Source: an uncultured Prolixibacteraceae bacterium (GTDB lineage Bacteria; Bacteroidota; Bacteroidia; Bacteroidales; FEN-979). From it: a stretch of 64,000 bases of DNA. Made by a program: the position numbers and the translations under genes. The stretch lies in NCBI GenBank assembly GCA_964616825.1, contig CAZTSX010000010.1, positions 525 through 64,524 on the forward strand, written 5' to 3'. Below the pieces are notes generated by a model. That model made no database searches, had not been told where the DNA came from, and saw only the letters and a program-made list of their open reading frames with translations. This document shows positions 59,106-64,000 of the stretch, piece by piece; positions within the stretch are counted from its first letter, which is position 1, and every line of letters begins with the position of its first letter.

Positions 59106-60194
59106 ATGAAAAAGAACTTCGTTTTTCTTCTCCTGGCATGTAGTTGGAGTCTTTTCTCTTTTTCGCAGAACGAAAATTCATCTGTTCAGGAAGAGATCAT
59201 TGAGTTGAAATCAGATCTCCGCGATCTCTCTTTTGATATTGATCGTGTCCGGAAAGCTGTCGACGACATTCGCTGGTACAATCGTGTGGGTGATGTTGCT
59301 TTCATTGACAAAGTGTATATCACAGGCCCTCCTATCAACCAGGAGACAGTAACAAATGAGACCGCCATGGGGGTGAAAAATCCGATTAAATTTTACGCTT
59401 ATGTATTCGTCCCGAAAGGAATTGATGGCAGTAAAAAATATCCCCTGCTGGTCTTTCCGCATGGAGGCGTTCATGGCGACTTTACCACGTATTATGCACA
59501 TATCGTACGGGAGATGATGGCTCAGGGGTATATTGTGATCGCACCGGAATATCGGGGAAGCACCGGATATGGGAAATCATACTGGGAGCGGATCGACTAC
59601 GGCGGACTGGAGGTGGAAGATGCTGATGCCAGCCGGAATTATATGGTGGAGAACTATTCTATTGTCGATAAAAACCGGATCGGAATCCTCGGCTGGAGTC
59701 ATGGTGGAATGATCTCATTGTTGGCTGTATTCAACCATCCTAACCACTACAACGTCTGTTTCGCCGGTGTTCCCGTCAGCGACCTGATCTCCCGGATGGG
59801 GTATCAGGATGATAATTATCGGGCTCTCTACTCTGCCGATTATCATCTTGGGAAAACAGCACAGGAGAATGTTGAGGAGTACAAACGCCGATCTCCAGCC
59901 TGGAATACACACAAACTGAAAACACCTCTGTTGATCCATACCAATACCAACGACGATGATGTCAATGTACTGGAAGTTGAGCACCTGATCAAAGGCCTGA
60001 AAGCGGATGGAAAAACGTTTGAATATGAAATATTTGAAGAGGTGGAAGGAGGTCATTCATTCGACCGTATCGACACCAAGACCGCTAAAGAGATACGCCT
60101 GAAGATTTACTCTTTCCTCGACAGGTATCTGAAACCTCCCAGACCCATAAAAACAATCGGGGAGCTCGATCGGGCAGCATATATGAGTTGGTGA
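59106..60194 (+). CDS. S9 family (prolyl oligopeptidase-like) serine hydrolase, exported
   Basis: Signal peptide; PHGGVHG, YRGSTGYG, GWSHGG nucleophile motif, DDDV, GGHSF. Confidence 0.9.
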   Translation: MKKNFVFLLLACSWSLFSFSQNENSSVQEEIIELKSDLRDLSFDIDRVRKAVDDIRWYNRVGDVAFIDKVYITGPPINQETVTNETAMGVKNPIKFYAYVFVPKGIDGSKKYPLLVFPHGGVHGDFTTYYAHIVREMMAQGYIVIAPEYRGSTGYGKSYWERIDYGGLEVEDADASRNYMVENYSIVDKNRIGILGWSHGGMISLLAVFNHPNHYNVCFAGVPVSDLISRMGYQDDNYRALYSADYHLGKTAQENVEEYKRRSPAWNTHKLKTPLLIHTNTNDDDVNVLEVEHLIKGLKADGKTFEYEIFEEVEGGHSFDRIDTKTAKEIRLKIYSFLDRYLKPPRPIKTIGELDRAAYMSW

Positions 60195-60297
60195 GATGGT
60201 GAGATGGTGAGTTGGTGAGATGGTGAATTGGTGATGTGGTGATGTGGTGAGCTAGCGAGAACCGAGCATCGAGCATCGAATTCCGAGCATCGAGCAT
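60189..60297. repeat. Composite intergenic array: TGGTGA core x8 at 8-bp spacing, then CGAGCAT x5 at 7-bp spacing
   Basis: Cores at 60189-60245 in steps of 8; heptamers at 60263-60297; spans the whole gap between convergent stops. Confidence 0.88.
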
Positions 60298-60588
60298 CTA
60301 GTCTTTAATCAACCGGTCCAATCCGGCGATCATAAATACTTTCTTAACATCCGGTTTTGGGTGGCGGATCCAGAATTTCTCACTCCCCAGCTCTTTGAAT
60401 TTCATCAGGCAGATTCGCAGAAATGTGGAGGAGATATAATCGACTTGTGAAAAGTCAAAGATCAATTTCTTTCCCGGATCAGTACATTTATTGATCTCTG
60501 GTTCAAGATTTTGTGAGATTATTGTATCCAATCTGCCAGATAGATGACAGATCATTTGATCGGTATTGGATTCTGTTTTCAAACTCAT
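60298..60588 (-). CDS. STAS domain protein (anti-sigma-factor antagonist type)
   Basis: LSGRLDT, LIFDFSQVDYISSTFLR, VKKVFMIAGL. Confidence 0.88.
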   Translation of the reverse strand: MSLKTESNTDQMICHLSGRLDTIISQNLEPEINKCTDPGKKLIFDFSQVDYISSTFLRICLMKFKELGSEKFWIRHPKPDVKKVFMIAGLDRLIKD

Positions 60589-60599
60589 GGTTTTCCGTT

Positions 60600-62033
60600 T
60601 TAGTAGTGCTTATTGTATGCTTGTTCCAGGGTATCGGCATCAATTGATTCATCCATGTAAATATCAAAACCCATTTGGAGCATCCGTTCATTCATCCGTC
60701 GTTTGGTAATCCGTTGGATGTTCAGCAGGTGATGTGCCGATACATTATCTGTGGTGATGTTCTTCCCGTATGTTCCACATCCCAGTGTAAATGATGGTTC
60801 CAGTGTATTGTACAGAGATCCGAGAGCGCCCTGTGAGGAGGGCATGTTGACCAGTATCCTGCCGGCATTCATCATGACGGAAAACTTTCTGATTTTCTCA
60901 TCGTCGTAGGAAAAGATAGATGCGGAATGCCCTATGCCGCCATGGAAGTTGAGATCGATACATGTCCGAACGGAATCTTCGAAATCTTCTGTTTCATAGA
61001 AAGCAAGAATGGGGGCCAGGATTTCAGAAGAGAGAGGTTCATCATTTCCGACTTTTTTCAACGGAGCGATCAGCAACCGGGTGCCTTCCGGAAAATCAAT
61101 TCCTACCATCTGGCCGATCTTTTCAACCGATTGGCCCACGATTTCCGGACTCATCGATTTTGTGCCTGCGAAATAGGCAACCTTTTCCACCGCTTTGTGC
61201 TCTTGGGGATTTAGAAAGTAAGCTCCTTTGCGAATGAATTCTTCTTTCACTTTATCGGAGATCTTTTTCTCAACTACCAACGCTTGTTCACTGGCACAGA
61301 TAGTCCCGTTGTCAAATGTTTTTGACAGGATAACCTGTTCTACCGCATATGGAATGTCCGCTGTCTCTTCGATATAAACTGGTACATTACCTGCACCCAC
61401 CCCCAGTGCAGGTGTCCCTGAACTGTATGCTTCATGAACCAACCCGGTTCCTCCTGTTGCCAGGATCATTGCCAGCTTCGGGTGTTGCATCAGGTAGTGA
61501 GTCTCTTCCCTTGTTTTATGAGCAGCCCACTGGATGCAATCTTCCGGAGCATCTTCACTCAACGCTGCTTCATAGCAAATCTTGGCGGTTTCGATAGAAC
61601 TTTTTGGTCCGCGTCGATGGGGGCTGATGATGATCGGATTTCGGGTTTTCAGGGAAATCAAGATCTTAAATATCGTTGTCGAAGTCGGATTGGTTACCGG
61701 AATAACTGCAAGGATAGGCCCGATGGGTTGGGCAATCTCAATAATACCTGTACGCTCGTCCTCAGAGATAATCCCCACTGTTTTCTGGTTTCTGATGTTC
61801 TCATACACATATTGGGAAGCGATAGCGTTTTTCTTCACCTTGTCTTCCCACTTGCCCATTTTAGTCTCTTCTGCCGCCATTTTGGCCAGCATGACCCTGT
61901 TGTTTAATGCTGCCTTGTAAACAGCTCTGACGATCCGGTCAGTTTGTTCCTGGTCATATTGATTGAAGATCGCTGCAGCAAAGGTTGCCTTTTCAAGAAT
62001 CTCATCAATGTTGTTCTTGTGTTGTTCGTCCAT
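60600..62033 (-). CDS. CoA-acylating aldehyde dehydrogenase (stand-alone AdhE N-domain, EutE/PduP-like)
   Basis: PVTNPTST, ATGGTG, GVGAGN, KTFDNGTICASEQ (catalytic Cys), SFTLGCG. Confidence 0.88.
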   Translation of the reverse strand: MDEQHKNNIDEILEKATFAAAIFNQYDQEQTDRIVRAVYKAALNNRVMLAKMAAEETKMGKWEDKVKKNAIASQYVYENIRNQKTVGIISEDERTGIIEIAQPIGPILAVIPVTNPTSTTIFKILISLKTRNPIIISPHRRGPKSSIETAKICYEAALSEDAPEDCIQWAAHKTREETHYLMQHPKLAMILATGGTGLVHEAYSSGTPALGVGAGNVPVYIEETADIPYAVEQVILSKTFDNGTICASEQALVVEKKISDKVKEEFIRKGAYFLNPQEHKAVEKVAYFAGTKSMSPEIVGQSVEKIGQMVGIDFPEGTRLLIAPLKKVGNDEPLSSEILAPILAFYETEDFEDSVRTCIDLNFHGGIGHSASIFSYDDEKIRKFSVMMNAGRILVNMPSSQGALGSLYNTLEPSFTLGCGTYGKNITTDNVSAHHLLNIQRITKRRMNERMLQMGFDIYMDESIDADTLEQAYNKHY

Positions 62034-62106
62034 TGATTGTGCTTATATCCGTTTTATTTGTCAATAATCTTAAGAAAAGATAAATGTAATAAAATTTCCA
62101 ATTCAG

Positions 62107-62114
62107 TACCTTTG
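62107..62114 (+). promoter_or_regulatory. Bacteroidota -7 element (TACCTTTG) upstream of the U32 gene
   Basis: TAnnTTTG match 17 nt upstream of TTG 62132. Confidence 0.5.
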
Positions 62115-62131
62115 CAAAAATTCTATTTTAT

Positions 62132-63367
62132 TTGAAATCCGCTGAAATCACAGCTCCTGTTGGAACCTGGGAATCACTAACTGCTGCTATTCAGGCTGGT
62201 ACTGATTCAGTCTATTTCGGAGTGGGTATACTTAACATGCGAGCCCGGTCATCTATCAACTTTACCCTCCGCGACCTGGTCAAAATCTCCCGGATATGCA
62301 GGAAACATAGCGTTAAGACCTATCTCACGGTAAATACCGTCATTTACGATTCTGAGATCAGGGAGATGAAGCGGATCGTGGATTCGGCAATGAAAAATGG
62401 AATTGATGCCATAATTGCTTCCGACCTGGCTGTGATTCAGTATGCCAGAATGGTAGGGATGCTGGTTCACATGTCGACCCAGACCAACATCACCAACCTG
62501 GAGGCAGTAAAATACTGGGCTCAGTTTGCCGATGTAATGGTTACCGCCCGGGAGTTGAGCCTGGAACAGGTAGCAACTATCTCCCGAGCTATAAAGCGCC
62601 AGAAGATCAAGGGCCCTTCCGGAAATCTCGTTCAATTAGAGGTTTTCGTGCATGGCGCGCTCTGTATGGCAGTCTCCGGAAAATGTTACCTGAGCCTTGA
62701 TAAATACAACGCTTCAGCCAATCGTGGATCGTGTTACCAGCTTTGTCGCCGTCCTTACCGTGTAACCGATTTCGAAGGAGAAATTGAACTGGTGGTCGAC
62801 AACGAGTACATCATGTCGCCCAAAGACCTTTGTACCATCGGATTTCTGGATAAAATTATCAACGCCGGTGTATCTATACTGAAGATCGAAGGCCGGGGGC
62901 GAAGTCCGGAATACGTAAAAACAGTTGTCTCCTGTTATCGTGAAGCAGTTGATGCTATTGTAGAAGGGACATACAGTCAGGAAAAAACCGATAGATGGCT
63001 GGATAAGTTGAAATCTGTTTACAATCGTGGTTTCTGGGATGGGTATTACCTCGGACAAACGTTTGGTGAATGGACCGAGAAGCATGGATCTGTCGCTACA
63101 CAATCAAAAGAGTATATTGGGAAAGTAACGAATTTCTTTACCAAGCTTAATGTAGCAGAGATAAAACTGGAATCAGGATATCTTAAATCCGGTGATCGCA
63201 TTTATATCCAAGGGCCAACCACGGGTGTGATTGAGATGACAATCCCGGAGATCCGTGTGGACAAGATGGCTGTGATGAGAACAAAAAAGGGGGATGTTTG
63301 CTCTTTTCATGTACCGGAGTTCCTTCGACGGGCAGATAAGATTTATAAACTAATTCAACATTTATAA
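62132..63367 (+). CDS. U32 peptidase family protein (PrtC/TrhP-like, Fe-S Cys motif)
   Basis: EITAPVG, HMSTQ, FVHGALCMAVSGKC, SCYQLCRR, MSPKDL, LKIEGR. Confidence 0.9.
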   Translation: MKSAEITAPVGTWESLTAAIQAGTDSVYFGVGILNMRARSSINFTLRDLVKISRICRKHSVKTYLTVNTVIYDSEIREMKRIVDSAMKNGIDAIIASDLAVIQYARMVGMLVHMSTQTNITNLEAVKYWAQFADVMVTARELSLEQVATISRAIKRQKIKGPSGNLVQLEVFVHGALCMAVSGKCYLSLDKYNASANRGSCYQLCRRPYRVTDFEGEIELVVDNEYIMSPKDLCTIGFLDKIINAGVSILKIEGRGRSPEYVKTVVSCYREAVDAIVEGTYSQEKTDRWLDKLKSVYNRGFWDGYYLGQTFGEWTEKHGSVATQSKEYIGKVTNFFTKLNVAEIKLESGYLKSGDRIYIQGPTTGVIEMTIPEIRVDKMAVMRTKKGDVCSFHVPEFLRRADKIYKLIQHL

Positions 63368-63784
63368 TTCCATATAATAGTGTTCGATATCGGCTTCGAA
63401 AAACGTTTCGCCTTGTTTGACAAATCCTGCTCGTTCATAGAGTGGGACTGCGCGTAGCTGAGCATTCAGATAGATCTTTTTACCTAGCGGCCTGACATCC
63501 TCCAGAATCCTCGCCAAGATATTTCCAGCTATCCCCTGGTTCCGGAACTCCGGCAAAACGGCAAATCGTTCCAGCTTCACACCTTTATCTGTCTCACGCC
63601 AGCGTGCTGTTCCGGCCGGCTGATGATCTTTCAAAACAAGGTAATGATTTGATTCAGCCTCAAATTTGTCCCATTCCAGTTCGGGATCTACATCCTGTTC
63701 TTCTACGAAAACTGTTTCACGAATTGCAAAAGCTCTCTTTGCATCCTCCGATTCCAACGACTCTATTTTCCTGATCTCTATCAT
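63362..63784 (-). CDS. GNAT family N-acetyltransferase (YjcF/ElaA-like)
   Basis: IRETVFVEEQ, KLERFAVLPEFRNQGIA, LNAQL.A..LYE..GF. Confidence 0.9.
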   Translation of the reverse strand: MIEIRKIESLESEDAKRAFAIRETVFVEEQDVDPELEWDKFEAESNHYLVLKDHQPAGTARWRETDKGVKLERFAVLPEFRNQGIAGNILARILEDVRPLGKKIYLNAQLRAVPLYERAGFVKQGETFFEADIEHYYMEL

Positions 63785-63787
63785 AGC

Positions 63788-64000
63788 TTACATCCTGCGT
63801 TTTATATTCTGCTTTGCTTCTGCCTCTTTGTTTGATTTCAGTGCCTTGCGATGATAAATAAGCGGTTCTACATAGATTGCCCGTATTGGCCTGGTGGGAC
63901 ATACATATTCGCAAGCACCGCAACCGACACAAAGTTTTTCATGGAGTTCAGGTATTTTCAGTTCTCCCAGGTATGGAACCATCTCAATAGACCTGGTCGG
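63788..64000 (-). CDS. 4Fe-4S dicluster protein, C-terminal fragment (5' part outside the window)
   Basis: Frame open to the window edge (PTRSIEMVPYLG...); CVGCGACEYVCP motif. Confidence 0.75.
   Translation of the reverse strand, partial: PTRSIEMVPYLGELKIPELHEKLCVGCGACEYVCPTRPIRAIYVEPLIYHRKALKSNKEAEAKQNIKRRM

Noticed and set aside
60085-60297. 70-aa minus-strand ORF MLDARNSMLDARFSLAHHITTSPIHHLTNSPSHHLTNS
   Set aside because: It is a translation of the 7-bp and 8-bp arrays and overlaps the S9 gene; there is no independent coding evidence.
11182-60297. Possible CRISPR or TIGR-like array interpretation of the repeats
   Set aside because: Units are 7-8 bp with no unique spacers, and no cas or associated effector genes are present.
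63362-63367. 6-bp convergent overlap (TTATAA) of the U32 and GNAT stops
   Set aside because: This is a common compact-genome arrangement and not informative alone.
922-63932. The many 60-200 aa ORFs nested in or antisense to long genes (e.g. 8922..9536, 16654..17130, 51696..52124, 61434..61907)
   Set aside because: They are shadow frames of well-supported genes and have no motifs of their own.
1-64000. rRNA, tRNA, transposase, integrase or prophage genes
   Set aside because: None recognised; intergenic gaps are short and no such motifs were seen. A covariance-model search (Infernal/Rfam, tRNAscan-SE) would be needed to exclude small ncRNAs.

Overview
A 64-kb gene-dense chromosomal segment from a Bacteroidota (probably an anaerobic Bacteroidales-type) genome. 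The assignment rests on T9SS C-terminal sorting domains, TAnnTTTG promoter motifs and the ftsX-DUF3098-uppP-truB gene order. The left third carries a ~20-kb, 14-gene minus-strand cluster (4677-25059). It encodes a HydC/HydB (NuoE/NuoF)-type flavoprotein fusion, a StnC/NfnA-like Fe-S flavoprotein that appears to lack its NADP(H) domain, a NapH-like membrane Fe-S protein, a Tat-exported polyferredoxin, a tiny Tat/Cys4 protein and an NHL propeller. It also encodes five PQQ-like (BamB-type) beta-propellers, a CxxC-bearing GT4, a MacB/LolCDE-type ABC system and an outer-membrane barrel. No hydrogenase or molybdoenzyme catalytic subunit is present, so the cluster looks like a cytoplasm-to-periplasm redox conduit of unknown substrate. 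The remainder is mostly housekeeping and envelope genes: actP, tadA, truB, uppP, ftsX, leuS, aspS, AsmA-like proteins, T9SS cargo, an alpha-2-macroglobulin, S9 and U32 family proteins and an aldehyde dehydrogenase. Dispersed imperfect 7-bp and 8-bp tandem arrays, often in inverted pairs, supply the stop codons of five genes and lie in frame inside the alpha-2-macroglobulin and ABC permease genes. leuS contains a sharply AT-rich internal segment. No rRNA, tRNA, CRISPR array or transposase was recognised. All functional calls come from motif reading without database searches, and some start codons were adjusted from the ORF track by inspection.
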